The notes: a model not told the origin generated them from the letters alone. Shown: positions 1-10,379, numbered from the stretch's first letter. The stretch is 64,000 nucleotides of DNA from Alphaproteobacteria bacterium (GCA_965216755.1 CBDCGL010000011.1:4192001-4256000), one strand, 5' to 3'. A program made the numbers and translations.

Positions 1-1048
1 CCGCGATCGTTGGCTCTGGCGCGGCATCGCCGATCCGTCGCCAGGCCGCACGCAGGGCCATCACCGCATTGTAGTGGGTCATCGCCAAGTAGCCGATCGG
101 CGTGTCCGCGCCGAACAACCGCCGCACGCGCTGGACGAAACCGGGAACACCCTTTTCTGGGTCCGTGACGGCAAACGGCGTTGTGGTGTGGATCCGCTCA
201 GCCTGCGCCGGTGTCAGGCGCGCATTCAAGGTCTCGTTATATCCGATCCAACCGATCTGCAGCCGCTCAAGCAGCGCCATTTCGTCGGCCTGGCGGACAA
301 ACTCGCACCCATGGCGGCGCATCACGCAGAACAGCACGACCTCGGCGCCGACTTTGTCAATCCATTTCAGGATCGGGGTGAAGTCGCGCTCGCCAACGTT
401 GGTTTGGGCTTGGCCCAACACTTCGATATCACGCTCGGCCATGGGAAACCGGATCTGGCGAAACATCGAGGTTTGCCAACTGGGATACGACCCGACCATG
501 AAATAGCGCTTACCGGCGCCGCCGTCGTCCAGAAACTTTACCAGGCTATGACCATCGTGATTGACGGTCGGGCCGACGGAAAACAGGGTCGGGTGGCAAA
601 ACCGGCCCTCATGGTTGGAGGCATTGACCAGCGGTACTTTGCGGCGGCCCAAATAACGCGCCGCATAGCGTCGGCCGGCCGAGACCCAGGGGCCGACAAA
701 CGCCGCGACACCCTGGTTGTCGATCATGTCATGGCAGACTTTTGGCAAAACCGCCGGGCTGGTGGCGGAGTCGCCATAAATCACCTGCAACTCGCGGCCT
801 AGGGCACCGCCGGCCCCATTGATCTCGGCAATCGCGGTTTCGATGCCCATGCGCATCTGCGCGGCATAGGCCTCCGCGTCGCCGGTCAGAGGCAGCAGGG
901 CACCGATCCGGAGTGGTCCCGGTAGCGCCAAAGCCGGTGCCGCAATGCCAGAGACGCATGCCGCGCCGAGCCCCCGCAGAACCGCGCGCCGATTATGGCC
1001 GATTGTCGCGGCTCCGCTTCGCAGATATCGCCCGTCATGCCTGCCCAT
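1..1048 (-). CDS. ABC transporter substrate-binding protein, LivJ/UrtA (branched-chain/amide/urea) family; runs off the window start
   Basis: Not in ORF track because the stop is outside the window. Manual translation: MGRHDGRYLRSGAATIGHNRRAVLRGLGAA (Tat-like RR signal) then LRIGALLPLTGDAEAYAAQMRMGIETAIAEINGAGGALGRELQVIYGD, the typical family N-terminus. Confidence 0.85.
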   Translation of the reverse strand, partial: MGRHDGRYLRSGAATIGHNRRAVLRGLGAACVSGIAAPALALPGPLRIGALLPLTGDAEAYAAQMRMGIETAIAEINGAGGALGRELQVIYGDSATSPAVLPKVCHDMIDNQGVAAFVGPWVSAGRRYAARYLGRRKVPLVNASNHEGRFCHPTLFSVGPTVNHDGHSLVKFLDDGGAGKRYFMVGSYPSWQTSMFRQIRFPMAERDIEVLGQAQTNVGERDFTPILKWIDKVGAEVVLFCVMRRHGCEFVRQADEMALLERLQIGWIGYNETLNARLTPAQAERIHTTTPFAVTDPEKGVPGFVQRVRRLFGADTPIGYLAMTHYNAVMALRAAWRRIGDAAPEPTIA

Positions 1049-1206
1049 GGTCGCCCCATCGATCGCATATGTTTTCCGCCCGCCAGTCTGCCGGATGCCG
1101 TGCGGGGTGAGCAAGCCGATTGCGCCTCAATTCTTTATTCATCTGGCGCTGGCAGCCTAACTGCGGGACCGCACGCAGCGGTCGCGAGCGAAACACGGAA
1201 TGCGCC

Positions 1207-2310
1207 ATGGCCAAAGTGCTCACCGACAGCCTTCAAGACCGAATTGCGGATCGGTCGCGCCGCCACATGCGGATCAGCATGCGCGACCATGGTTGGGTCG
1301 TCGCCTATGCCAGCATTTATGTTTTGATCGTCTACGCCTTGGTCTGGGGCAAAGGTCACCAGGTGCCGATCATGTCGTTGGACTATGCCGGCATGGCCTT
1401 GGTCCCCGTGGTTTTCGCGGTTGCCGCCCTGGCGCTGGGGCATGTCGTCCATCACGTGGCCCATGTCCGGCCGTTCCAGCTTGGCGCGGTTTGGCGCGCG
1501 GTGCGCGACGATGAGCGGTTGACATTGGAGCGGGCCATTTATTGCGCCGTTCCTTTGGTCGTTATCCCTTTTTTTAATAAAGCCTATTCGACCTTCAAGA
1601 CCTTGCTTGGCCAATTCCAGCCATACGATTGGGATCCGCAACTGGCGGCATGGGATCAGTGGCTGCATTTCGGCGTGCACCCGTGGGAATTGCTGCAGCC
1701 GTTGCTTGGTTCGCCGCTGATCACGTCGGCCATCAGCTATCTCTATAATTTCTGGTTTGGGCTGATGTTTCTGATCGTCTACTGGTTCGTTTTCTCATTG
1801 CAGAACCGCGTCCTGCGGATGCGCTATTTGCTCAGCTTTGTGCTGACCTGGTCGCTCTTGGGTAGCCTGGCGGCAGTTTTCTTCGCGTCCGGCGGGCCCG
1901 TCTACTACGGTCATTTTGTCGGCCCCCCCGATCCCTTTGCGCCTTTGATGAGCTATTTGCTCGACGCCGGAGAGGCCTACCGCAATTGGTCTCTAGAAGC
2001 GCAAAACTATCTGTGGCTAATCCACAAGCACGAACTGCTCGATTTCGGCGGGGGTATATCGGCCATGCCCAGCTTGCATGTTGCCGTCGCCGCGTTGCAG
2101 GCGCTCGCCGCCCGTCATGTCAGCCGCCGCATGTGCGCGATCTTGACCATTTATCTGCTCGTGATCATGGTCGGCTCCGTGCATCTGGGTTGGCACTATG
2201 CCATCGATGGTTATGTTTCCTTGATTGCCGTTTTTGTGATCTGGAAGCTGTCCGGACTGGTGATGCGTTGGCATCCGCTGTCCCGGGCCGACAACACATC
2301 CCCCTTATGA
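1207..2310 (+). CDS. PAP2-superfamily membrane phosphatase/phosphotransferase (AUR1/IPC-synthase-like)
   Basis: Multiple TM segments; motifs SAMPSLHVA and HLGWHYAIDG; start moved to ATG 1207. Confidence 0.85.
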   Translation: MAKVLTDSLQDRIADRSRRHMRISMRDHGWVVAYASIYVLIVYALVWGKGHQVPIMSLDYAGMALVPVVFAVAALALGHVVHHVAHVRPFQLGAVWRAVRDDERLTLERAIYCAVPLVVIPFFNKAYSTFKTLLGQFQPYDWDPQLAAWDQWLHFGVHPWELLQPLLGSPLITSAISYLYNFWFGLMFLIVYWFVFSLQNRVLRMRYLLSFVLTWSLLGSLAAVFFASGGPVYYGHFVGPPDPFAPLMSYLLDAGEAYRNWSLEAQNYLWLIHKHELLDFGGGISAMPSLHVAVAALQALAARHVSRRMCAILTIYLLVIMVGSVHLGWHYAIDGYVSLIAVFVIWKLSGLVMRWHPLSRADNTSPL

Positions 2311-2372
2311 CTTAAGAAAGCGGCCAAACAGCCCTAATATGGGGGCTCCCGCAATCGGCGCAGGGGGCCGTC

Positions 2373-4844
2373 ATGCCAGCAGCACAGACACCGCGACCCG
2401 AGCAGTTTGAGCAGCTTGGGGCGTTCTACCTTGGGCGGCCGTATGATCTTGGGACCGGACAGGTCGCCGGCGGTCCGCTCTTATATGACTCTAAGGATCT
2501 GACAACACACGCCGTGTGTGTTGGCATGACCGGCAGCGGCAAAACCGGCCTCTGCGTCTCGTTGCTCGAGGAAGCTGCCCTCGATGGAATTCCGACCCTC
2601 GCCATCGACCCGAAAGGTGATCTCGGCAATCTCTTACTGACCTTTCCAAAGTTGACCGCCCAAGATTTCGCGCCGTGGATCGATCCCGACGAAGCCGTGC
2701 GCAAGGGCATGACCGTGGCCGAGCGCGCGGCCGCCGTCGCCGCGCTTTGGAAAAAAGGTCTGGCCGCCTGGGGCCAAGACGGCGCGCGGATTGGGAAATT
2801 GCGCGACGCAGCTGATTTCGCCATCTATACGCCCGGCAGTGATGCCGGCATTCCGGTTTCGGTCTTGCGTTCGTTTGCCGCACCGCCGGTTGCCGTGCGC
2901 GACGACGGTGATGTGTTTCGCGAACGGGTCGGGGCGACGGTCGCCGGCCTCCTGGCCATGCTCGGTATTGACGCCGATCCTGTGCAAAGCCGCGAACATG
3001 TGCTGTTGGCGAACATCCTTGATCACGCCTGGCACGCGGGCCGTGATCTGACCATCGAATCGCTGATTCGGGATGTACAGGCGCCGCCGTTCGACAAAGT
3101 GGGGATGTTGGATCTTGAAACGGTTTACCCGTCGAAAGATCGCATGGGTCTGGTCATGGCCATCAACAATCTATTGGCGTCGCCCGGTTTCAGCGCTTGG
3201 CGCGATGGCGTGCCGCTGGACATGCAAAGCCTATTGTGGACGCAAGACGGGCGCCCCCGCATTGCAATCATATCGATTGCGCATCTGAATGATGCTGAGC
3301 GCATGTTTATCGTCACCATGCTTCTCAACGAAATGGTGTCGTGGATGCGCAGCCAAAGTGGCACCACCAGTCTGCGGGCGCTGCTGTACATGGATGAGGT
3401 GTTCGGCTATATGCCGCCAACGGCGAACCCGCCGTCGAAAACACCCATGTTGACGCTCATGAAACAGGCCCGAGCCTACGGTGTCGGCGTTGTCCTGGCG
3501 ACACAGAACCCGGTTGATTTGGACTACAAAGGCTTGTCAAACGCGGGCACTTGGTTCCTTGGGCGTTTGCAAACCGAACGCGATAAGTTGCGCGTTCTCG
3601 ACGGGCTGGAAGGCGCGTCGGCCGCGTCCGGTGCGACGTTCGATCGCGCGCGGGTGGAGACGATTTTGTCAGGATTGGCCAGCCGTGTTTTCTTGATGAA
3701 CAACGTCCATGAAGACGCGCCGATCCTTTTTCACACGCGCTGGGCAATGTCCTATTTGCGCGGACCGCTGATCCGCGATCAGATCAAAGCGCTGATGGCG
3801 GGCCGGGCTAAAGCATCAGCACATCCAACGACCGTCGCCGAACCCGAACCGGCGGGTCGGCAAGACCGCGGCAGTGGCACGTTGCCTATCGTTCCCTCCG
3901 TGGCCGCCGAACGTTTTGCCGCGGCTGATTTGGCCGCGCCGGCCGATGCGAATTTATTGTATCGCCCGGCGCTTTTGGGCTTTGCCGATGTGCACTATGT
4001 CAATGCACGGGCGAAGGTCGATACATGGCGCAAGGTGGTGCGCCTTGCCCATTTGCGTGGGGCGGCGCACAATGTTTGGGGCGATGCGCTTTCCGTTGCG
4101 CCCGATGCCCTGCGTCTCGAAGAGGCGCCGCGCGACGGTGCGCGATTTGCGACATTGCCGGCACGTGCCGGTCGCGAGAAAGTGTATCCGTCGTGGCAGA
4201 ATGCGCTGCGTCTGGCCATTTATCGCGACTGCGCATTGACTTCATGGAACTGCAAGGTGTTGAAATTAACTTCAACGCCAGACGAGAACGAGCGCGCATT
4301 CCGCGTTCGCGTCCGTGACGCGGCCCACGAAACGCGTGACTTGGCGATCGAAAAGTTGCGCAACAAATACGCGCCGAAACTGGCGCGGCTTGAGGAACGC
4401 ATCCGCAAAGCCGAGGCGCGGATCGCCCGCGAAGCATCGCAATACTCGCAGCAGAAGGTCCAAACCGCGATTTCGATCGGAGCCACTGTTTTGGGCGCCT
4501 TGTTTGGCCGCAAACTGGGCAGTGCGTCGACGGTGGGCCGGGCGACAACCGCGGCACGCGGGGCCAGCCGGGCGGCGCGCGAACGCCGCGACGTTGCACG
4601 CGCGCGCGAAGATCGCGATGCGCTGGAGCGGCAACTCGCCGACTTGTCTGATCGTTTCGACGAAGACGCACGCGCGCTACGCGAGAAATTTGACCCCGAC
4701 AACCTCGATATTCGGGAGCGAGCCGTGCGACCACGTAAAGCGGACATCACGATTGAGGCGCTGCATTTGGTGTGGTTGCCATGGTGGGTCGACGATGCCG
4801 GCGTCGCGCAACCGGCCTATGATTTGGGTGAGGTCGCGTCATGA
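2373..4844 (+). CDS. HerA/FtsK-superfamily P-loop ATPase (DUF87/DUF853-like) with C-terminal coiled coil
   Basis: Walker A GMTGSGKT, IDPKGD, Walker B LYMDEVF, VLATQNP. Confidence 0.85.
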   Translation: MPAAQTPRPEQFEQLGAFYLGRPYDLGTGQVAGGPLLYDSKDLTTHAVCVGMTGSGKTGLCVSLLEEAALDGIPTLAIDPKGDLGNLLLTFPKLTAQDFAPWIDPDEAVRKGMTVAERAAAVAALWKKGLAAWGQDGARIGKLRDAADFAIYTPGSDAGIPVSVLRSFAAPPVAVRDDGDVFRERVGATVAGLLAMLGIDADPVQSREHVLLANILDHAWHAGRDLTIESLIRDVQAPPFDKVGMLDLETVYPSKDRMGLVMAINNLLASPGFSAWRDGVPLDMQSLLWTQDGRPRIAIISIAHLNDAERMFIVTMLLNEMVSWMRSQSGTTSLRALLYMDEVFGYMPPTANPPSKTPMLTLMKQARAYGVGVVLATQNPVDLDYKGLSNAGTWFLGRLQTERDKLRVLDGLEGASAASGATFDRARVETILSGLASRVFLMNNVHEDAPILFHTRWAMSYLRGPLIRDQIKALMAGRAKASAHPTTVAEPEPAGRQDRGSGTLPIVPSVAAERFAAADLAAPADANLLYRPALLGFADVHYVNARAKVDTWRKVVRLAHLRGAAHNVWGDALSVAPDALRLEEAPRDGARFATLPARAGREKVYPSWQNALRLAIYRDCALTSWNCKVLKLTSTPDENERAFRVRVRDAAHETRDLAIEKLRNKYAPKLARLEERIRKAEARIAREASQYSQQKVQTAISIGATVLGALFGRKLGSASTVGRATTAARGASRAARERRDVARAREDRDALERQLADLSDRFDEDARALREKFDPDNLDIRERAVRPRKADITIEALHLVWLPWWVDDAGVAQPAYDLGEVAS

Positions 4845-5542
4845 CGGCGCGTGATCCGGGCGCGACGCCCGTCAAAATGACCTATTTTTCTGATGTCTTG
4901 TGTATTTGGGCGTATTGCGCCGAGGCCCGCGTCGCGGAAGTGAAGGCACAATTCGGCGACAACGTTGCCATTGACTATCGGTTTTGCGAGATCTTCGCTG
5001 ACACCGCCACGCGCGTCGGCCAAGGCTGGGAGGCGCGTGGCGGATATGACGCATTTGGCGCCCATGTGCATGAAGTGGCGGCCAAATTTGGCCATGTGAC
5101 CGTCCATCCGGAGCTGTGGATCAAGGTGCGGCCGGCATCGTCGGCCAGTGCCCATATGTTTCTGAAGGCGATCGGTTTATGGCAGGCGACGAAGGCGCCT
5201 GCTCCTACACCCGGGGTGTTGGAGCAGGCTGCGTGGGCCGTGCGGCTTGCTTTCTTCCGCGATGGGCGCGATATCGCGACCCGCACCACGCAAAACGCTA
5301 TCGCAGACGAGCTCGAATTGCCCGTTGATGCAATCAATGTGTTTATCGACAACGGCGGGGCGATGGCGGCCTTGTGGCATGACCATCAAGCCGCCGAGCA
5401 CTTTCGAATCGAAGGCAGCCCGACATTCTTGCTCAATGACGGCCGCCAAAAGCTCTATGGCAACGTTGGTTATCGTGTCATCGAAGCCAATTTGCGTGAA
5501 CTGCTCAGCGCGCCCGACGCGGCGCAGGCGAGTTGGTGTTGA
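4841..5542 (+). CDS. DsbA/FrnE-like thioredoxin-fold protein
   Basis: YFSDVLCIWAY N-terminal motif, IEGSPTF cis-Pro motif; ATGA overlap with the upstream ATPase. Confidence 0.85.
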   Translation: MTARDPGATPVKMTYFSDVLCIWAYCAEARVAEVKAQFGDNVAIDYRFCEIFADTATRVGQGWEARGGYDAFGAHVHEVAAKFGHVTVHPELWIKVRPASSASAHMFLKAIGLWQATKAPAPTPGVLEQAAWAVRLAFFRDGRDIATRTTQNAIADELELPVDAINVFIDNGGAMAALWHDHQAAEHFRIEGSPTFLLNDGRQKLYGNVGYRVIEANLRELLSAPDAAQASWC

Positions 5543-5561
5543 AGACCAGCTGGGCGAGCGC

Positions 5562-6038
5562 CTACGCGTCGGCGAGCGCGATGACGAAACGAGGCAGGCG
5601 GCGGCCGGGAATGGACGCCGATGGCGACTCGCCGGCGCGCACGCAGCCCATGCGCGCGTAAAACCCGGCCGCGTTGGGATCCGAATCGATCGTCAGTTGT
5701 TTGACGCCGGCGCGGTGGGCCTGGTTTGTCAAATGCCGGAAAAGGGCGGCCCCGACGCCCCGGCCAATTTGACTCGGTTCCACAAACAGGGCGGCAACCT
5801 CGGCCATATCCGGCGCGGTCAGGTCCAGGCTGTAGTAGCCTATGGGGCGGCCGTCCCGCTCGGCTACGAAAACGGTTTCTGTCGCCAGGCGGGCGGGCGT
5901 GATCGTCAATTCCGCGCGGGATCTTGCCATGAAGTCGGCGTCATAGCCCCAATGGGCCTTTGATGCCAAACCGAGGGTCGTCAGAGGCCCGGCGTCGGCC
6001 GTGGTCGCCCGGCGTATGGTGAATTGCGCTAGAGTCAT
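5562..6038 (-). CDS. GNAT N-acetyltransferase
   Basis: LFVEPSQIGRGVGAAL acetyl-CoA motif, SDPNAAGFY. Confidence 0.85.
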   Translation of the reverse strand: MTLAQFTIRRATTADAGPLTTLGLASKAHWGYDADFMARSRAELTITPARLATETVFVAERDGRPIGYYSLDLTAPDMAEVAALFVEPSQIGRGVGAALFRHLTNQAHRAGVKQLTIDSDPNAAGFYARMGCVRAGESPSASIPGRRLPRFVIALADA

Positions 6039-6063
6039 GTGGTTTGGCCCAAGGATATCGCCG

Positions 6064-7185
6064 ATGGGATGCCCGCTCAAATTGTCCGGCCTTGTACTGT
6101 TGACGTTGCTTTTATCGCCGGTTGCCGCGCGCGCGGATTCACCGACGCCGCCGGATGTCCGGCTCCCCGCCGGCCATGTCAGCTTGATCGCCGTGGGGCC
6201 CCCGGAAGAAATCGCCGGTTCGTTTGCCCGCCTGTTTCACTACCGATTGTACCTGCCGGCCGACTACCACGCCGCGGCGCCAGCGCGCTATCCGGTGATG
6301 TTCATCGCCTCGCCAAGTGGCCATGCGTCCATGGGCGCCATGGCGGCGCGTTTGCGGCGTGACCGCTGGGTGGTCGTTATGTTGGTCGAGTCGCGCAACG
6401 GTTCGAACGATTGGATGCCCAATTTCCTGGCCGCCCATGATGACGTGATGGGCCGTGTGCGCGTTCATCCTGACATGAAGTTCTGTACCGGATTGTCCGG
6501 CGGCGCGCGCGTATGCAGCGTCTATCCCGGAATGCGCAGCGGGTTTCGCGGCCTGGTCCTACAGGCTGCGGGCTTGTGGAGCCCGCGCATTTTTGCCGAT
6601 GGCGCCAACCGGGATTTGGTCATCTACGGCACGTTCGGTGCCTTCGATTTCAATCTCAAATTTGCCCGCCAAGTGCGGCGCGCGATCCCGCCCGGTGCGC
6701 GCGGGCTGGCCGAGGTCTGGGATGGCGGCCACGCTTGGGCGCCGCCCGAAGTATTTGATCGCGCCATGGATTGGGTCGAAGACGCTGTCTTTTTGCGCGG
6801 CGGTCTGCGCGCCGACCATCGTGATCTGGACCGCTGGTACCTCGACAATCGGCTGGCCGCTTTCGAACGCCTTGCCAACGACCCGACCCTGGCGGTGGCG
6901 ACCATGGCCGACCGGTTGCTCCGGTTTGCCGCCCATCGCCGTCTTGACTTGGATCCATCTATCGCCGGCATGTTGAGGTCGGCGGCCGATCGTCGGACCG
7001 CGGCTGATCGCGCGGCGCAATCATATTATCGGCTCTTGATAGGAGAGCAGGGGCTGCGTGGAAATGGGTTACCGGTGATCGCCGATCAATATCAGGCCCT
7101 GAGTGACCGGTTTCCAAAGACCGATTTTGGTCGGCGCGCCGGCCAGCGGGCGCGGGCCCTTGCCTTTGAAACGGGTCGTCGATGA
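6064..7185 (+). CDS. Exported alpha/beta-hydrolase-fold protein (putative esterase)
   Basis: Signal peptide (LVLLTLLLSPVAARA), nucleophile elbow TGLSGGA, GGHAW His motif; start uncertain. Confidence 0.65.
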   Translation: MGCPLKLSGLVLLTLLLSPVAARADSPTPPDVRLPAGHVSLIAVGPPEEIAGSFARLFHYRLYLPADYHAAAPARYPVMFIASPSGHASMGAMAARLRRDRWVVVMLVESRNGSNDWMPNFLAAHDDVMGRVRVHPDMKFCTGLSGGARVCSVYPGMRSGFRGLVLQAAGLWSPRIFADGANRDLVIYGTFGAFDFNLKFARQVRRAIPPGARGLAEVWDGGHAWAPPEVFDRAMDWVEDAVFLRGGLRADHRDLDRWYLDNRLAAFERLANDPTLAVATMADRLLRFAAHRRLDLDPSIAGMLRSAADRRTAADRAAQSYYRLLIGEQGLRGNGLPVIADQYQALSDRFPKTDFGRRAGQRARALAFETGRR

Positions 7186-7313
7186 TCGAATAGCCGTGGA
7201 CCCGACCTGTCGATTGGCATTGGCGCGACGATCGGTCATAATTGCGTCGAGCCCGTGGGGACTTCTGGACGCGGACAAGAGGCCTGGCGCGTTAACGAAC
7301 GTGCGCCGCGCTT

Positions 7314-7934
7314 GTGGCGGTGCAGGTAGATGCCGGAGTCCGCGGAATGAGAACTCAGATCATATGCGATATTGCAGCCTTTGCTGGCGCCTGGACGAAG
7401 GCGCTGCGCGTTGGCCGTCGTGGCCATGTGGCCGTCATGCTGGTGACAACTCTAACGATTGGCGGCTGTCAGATTCAGATGGGCGTCTATGCCGGCTTGA
7501 CAGAGAGCGATCGGTTGATCATGGCTGACGCGACGCAGCAGGCCTTAGATAACAATCGGACTGGCGAAAGCACCAACTGGTCCAATGACGAAACCGGCCA
7601 TTTGGGCACGATCACACCAACCGCGACGCGCAAGTCCTCGGCCGGTGAGGATTGCCGTGGCTATCAAGAAACTTTCACGATCGACGGTGAGACCCAACGT
7701 GGCGATGGCATTGCTTGCCGCACGGCCAACGGGGTCTGGGAAACCATTGATCTGCGCTATGCCCGCCGCGGCGACCATTACGATCCATATGGTTATCCGT
7801 ACTACTGGTACCCTCCTTACGACTATTGGCCGCCGGATATATTTTATCGGCATCATTTATGGTTTGGTCACCACCGTCGCTATCATAACAGGCACGGTGC
7901 GACATTCGGCTTCCATTTTGGCCATTATTTCTAG
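7314..7934 (+). CDS. RT0821/Lpp0805-family (17-kDa antigen-like) surface protein with Tyr/His-rich tail
   Basis: QQALDNNRTGESTNWSN...CRGYQETFTIDG...GIACRTANGVWE; possible lipobox IGGC; real start probably downstream of 7314. Confidence 0.75.
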   Translation: MAVQVDAGVRGMRTQIICDIAAFAGAWTKALRVGRRGHVAVMLVTTLTIGGCQIQMGVYAGLTESDRLIMADATQQALDNNRTGESTNWSNDETGHLGTITPTATRKSSAGEDCRGYQETFTIDGETQRGDGIACRTANGVWETIDLRYARRGDHYDPYGYPYYWYPPYDYWPPDIFYRHHLWFGHHRRYHNRHGATFGFHFGHYF

Positions 7935-8179
7935 GGGTTAGCGGAGACACGGGCGTTGAGATTGTGCGTTATGCACAAAGTAAGGGAGCTAAAAAAGGTC
8001 TGCCACTTGCGGCAAATTTTCTTGTCACCTGGATCAATGAGGAGTCGACTCACTCAAATCGGTGTCATAAAATGGATATCAATGATCGCTGATCGGGCTT
8101 TCGCCCAATAAGGTCTGGCTGGTGGTCTATTGGTTCTAGGACGCTCGTTTTTTCGGAGTGTGCGTCTCCTATCGACAAA

Positions 8180-8213
8180 GCCGCCTGGGTGTGAGTGCCC
8201 AGGCGGCGTTTTT
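8180..8213 (+). terminator. Rho-independent terminator
   Basis: GCCGCCTGGG-N8-CCCAGGCGGC followed by GTTTTT. Confidence 0.75.
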
Positions 8214-8411
8214 CGTTGGGCAAGTGGTCCATGCTGGCTTGCTTGCGTGGCGGCGACGCATTGGTCAAGATCACAGATATAGCTGTTCGCGCTATCCTGC
8301 CGCCGCCCGCTCGAATGACGGACGCTGGTACCGGCACCTATGGCGCTGATCAGCAAAAATTGGGGCTCTCGACAATTCGGCCCGATGAATCATGGGGAGG
8401 ACGCACGCGCC

Positions 8412-10379
8412 ATGGAAGCCACGACCGCGCTGCACGAAAAACTCTATCGCACAATGGTGCAAATTCGCGCCTTTGAGGACCGTACGACCAAATTGTTCAA
8501 TGACGGTTTCGTCAAAGGCACGGCCCACAGTTATATGGGCGAGGAAGCGGTGGCGGCCGGCGCGTGCGCCGCATTGCGTGAGGACGATTATATCGCCAGC
8601 TATCACCGCGGCCATGGCCATTGCATCGCCAAGGGCGCCGATCTCAATCTGATGATGGCGGAACTCATGGGCCGCGACACCGGCTATTGCCGGGGTCTTG
8701 GTGGCTCGATGCACATCGCCGACCTTAAGCTCAATATTCTCGGCGCCAATGGCATCGTCGGCGCCGGTATGCCGCTGGCGACGGGCGCCGGATTGGCGGC
8801 GCGCATTCGCGACTCGGACCAGGTGTCGATCGCCTTTTTCGGCGATGGCGCCAGCAGCCAAGGGGTTTTCCACGAATCGCTGAACTTGGCCAAGGTCTGG
8901 AAACTGCCGGTTATTTTTATTTGTGAAAACAACCAATACGGCTTGTCGACCGCGTTCAAGAATATATCCGCGGTGGATCGGGTCTCGACGCGGTCGACCG
9001 CCTACGACGTGCCGGGAACGACCGTTGATGGCAATGATGTATTGGCCGTGCACGAAGCTGTCAGCGCTGCCGTGGTGCGGGCCCGTTCGGGTGAGGGGCC
9101 GAGTTTGATCGAAGCGCTGACCTATCGCTGGGGCCAACACAGCATGCGCGCAAACCTGCCCGATCCGCGTGCGGACAAGGAAATCGAGCAATGGATGGCC
9201 CGTGATCCGATCCCGCGCTTCGAGGATGTGCTCGAAGAGCGCAAGATCTTAAGCCGCGCGCGCATGGATGAGATCAAGGCCGAGGCAGAAGTCGCTATGG
9301 ACTCGGCCGTTGCGTTTGGTGAGAAAAGCCCGGAGCCGACGGTCGCGATGATGGAACAGGCCGTGTACGCGCCCCATGTGCTGCACAATGCACCGCCGGC
9401 CGAAGGCCGCAGCTTGAGCTTTCCCGACGCCCTGAATGAAGCCATGCGCCAGGAGATGGCGCGCGACGAGAGTGTCTTTTTGATGGGCGAGGATGTGGGA
9501 AAAACCGGCGGTATCTTCACCGTGTCGAAGGGCTTGCTCGACGAATTCGGGCCCGAGCGCGTGCGCGACACACCGATTGCCGAGGCGACCTTCTCGGGCG
9601 CCGGCGTGGGCGCCGCGATCGCCGGCATGCGCCCGGTCGTCGAAGTCCAGATCTTCGACTTCGTCAGCCTGATGATGGACATGATCGTCAACCAGGCGGC
9701 CAAGTTCCGCTACATGCTGGGCGGTAAGCCGACCGTGCCATTGGTCATCCGCGGCCCGCAAGGTGGCGGCATACGCCTTGCCGCGCAGCATTCGCAAAGC
9801 CTGGAAGCCTGGTTTACCCATGTGCCGGGCTTGGTGGTGGTGGCACCATCGACGCCCTACGACGCCAAGGGCTTGCTGACCGCCGCAATCCGTGACGACA
9901 ACCCGGTGATTTTCTTGGAGCACAAGCTGCTCTATCTCGGCCAAACCGGCCCGGTCCCGGAAGATCCCTACGCGATTCCGCTGGGCAAGGCTGACGTCAA
10001 ACAAGAGGGCACCGACGTCACCATTGTTGCGACCCAAATGATGGTGCATCGTGCCTTGGCGGCCGCCAACGATCTGGCCCGCGCCGGGATCAGCGCGGAG
10101 GTGATCGATCCGCGTACTTTGGTACCCCTGGATCTTGACACCATCGTGGCCTCGGTGCGCAAGACCAATCGGGTCGTGATTGCGCATGAGGCGGTTAAAC
10201 GCGGCGGCTATGGCGCGGAGATCTCGGCGCAGATCACCGAGAACGCCTTTGATTATTTGGACGCGCCGATTGTCCGGGTTGGCGCCCGTGCTGTGCCGAT
10301 GCCTTACAATGACGAGCTGGAACGGTCGGTGATCCCAACCCAGCAGGACATTGTCGACGCCGCCAAGGGCTTGTTCTAG
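8412..10379 (+). CDS. Fused E1 alpha/beta TPP-dependent 2-oxoacid/acetoin dehydrogenase
   Basis: HRGHGH, GDGASSQG...ENN TPP motif, beta domain MGEDVG, VRDTPIAE, AAQHSQ, EVIDPRTLVPLD; RBS GGGAGG upstream of 8412. Confidence 0.9.
   Translation: MEATTALHEKLYRTMVQIRAFEDRTTKLFNDGFVKGTAHSYMGEEAVAAGACAALREDDYIASYHRGHGHCIAKGADLNLMMAELMGRDTGYCRGLGGSMHIADLKLNILGANGIVGAGMPLATGAGLAARIRDSDQVSIAFFGDGASSQGVFHESLNLAKVWKLPVIFICENNQYGLSTAFKNISAVDRVSTRSTAYDVPGTTVDGNDVLAVHEAVSAAVVRARSGEGPSLIEALTYRWGQHSMRANLPDPRADKEIEQWMARDPIPRFEDVLEERKILSRARMDEIKAEAEVAMDSAVAFGEKSPEPTVAMMEQAVYAPHVLHNAPPAEGRSLSFPDALNEAMRQEMARDESVFLMGEDVGKTGGIFTVSKGLLDEFGPERVRDTPIAEATFSGAGVGAAIAGMRPVVEVQIFDFVSLMMDMIVNQAAKFRYMLGGKPTVPLVIRGPQGGGIRLAAQHSQSLEAWFTHVPGLVVVAPSTPYDAKGLLTAAIRDDNPVIFLEHKLLYLGQTGPVPEDPYAIPLGKADVKQEGTDVTIVATQMMVHRALAAANDLARAGISAEVIDPRTLVPLDLDTIVASVRKTNRVVIAHEAVKRGGYGAEISAQITENAFDYLDAPIVRVGARAVPMPYNDELERSVIPTQQDIVDAAKGLF

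Noticed and set aside
74-802. 242-aa plus-strand ORF
   Set aside because: Antisense shadow of the minus-strand substrate-binding protein.
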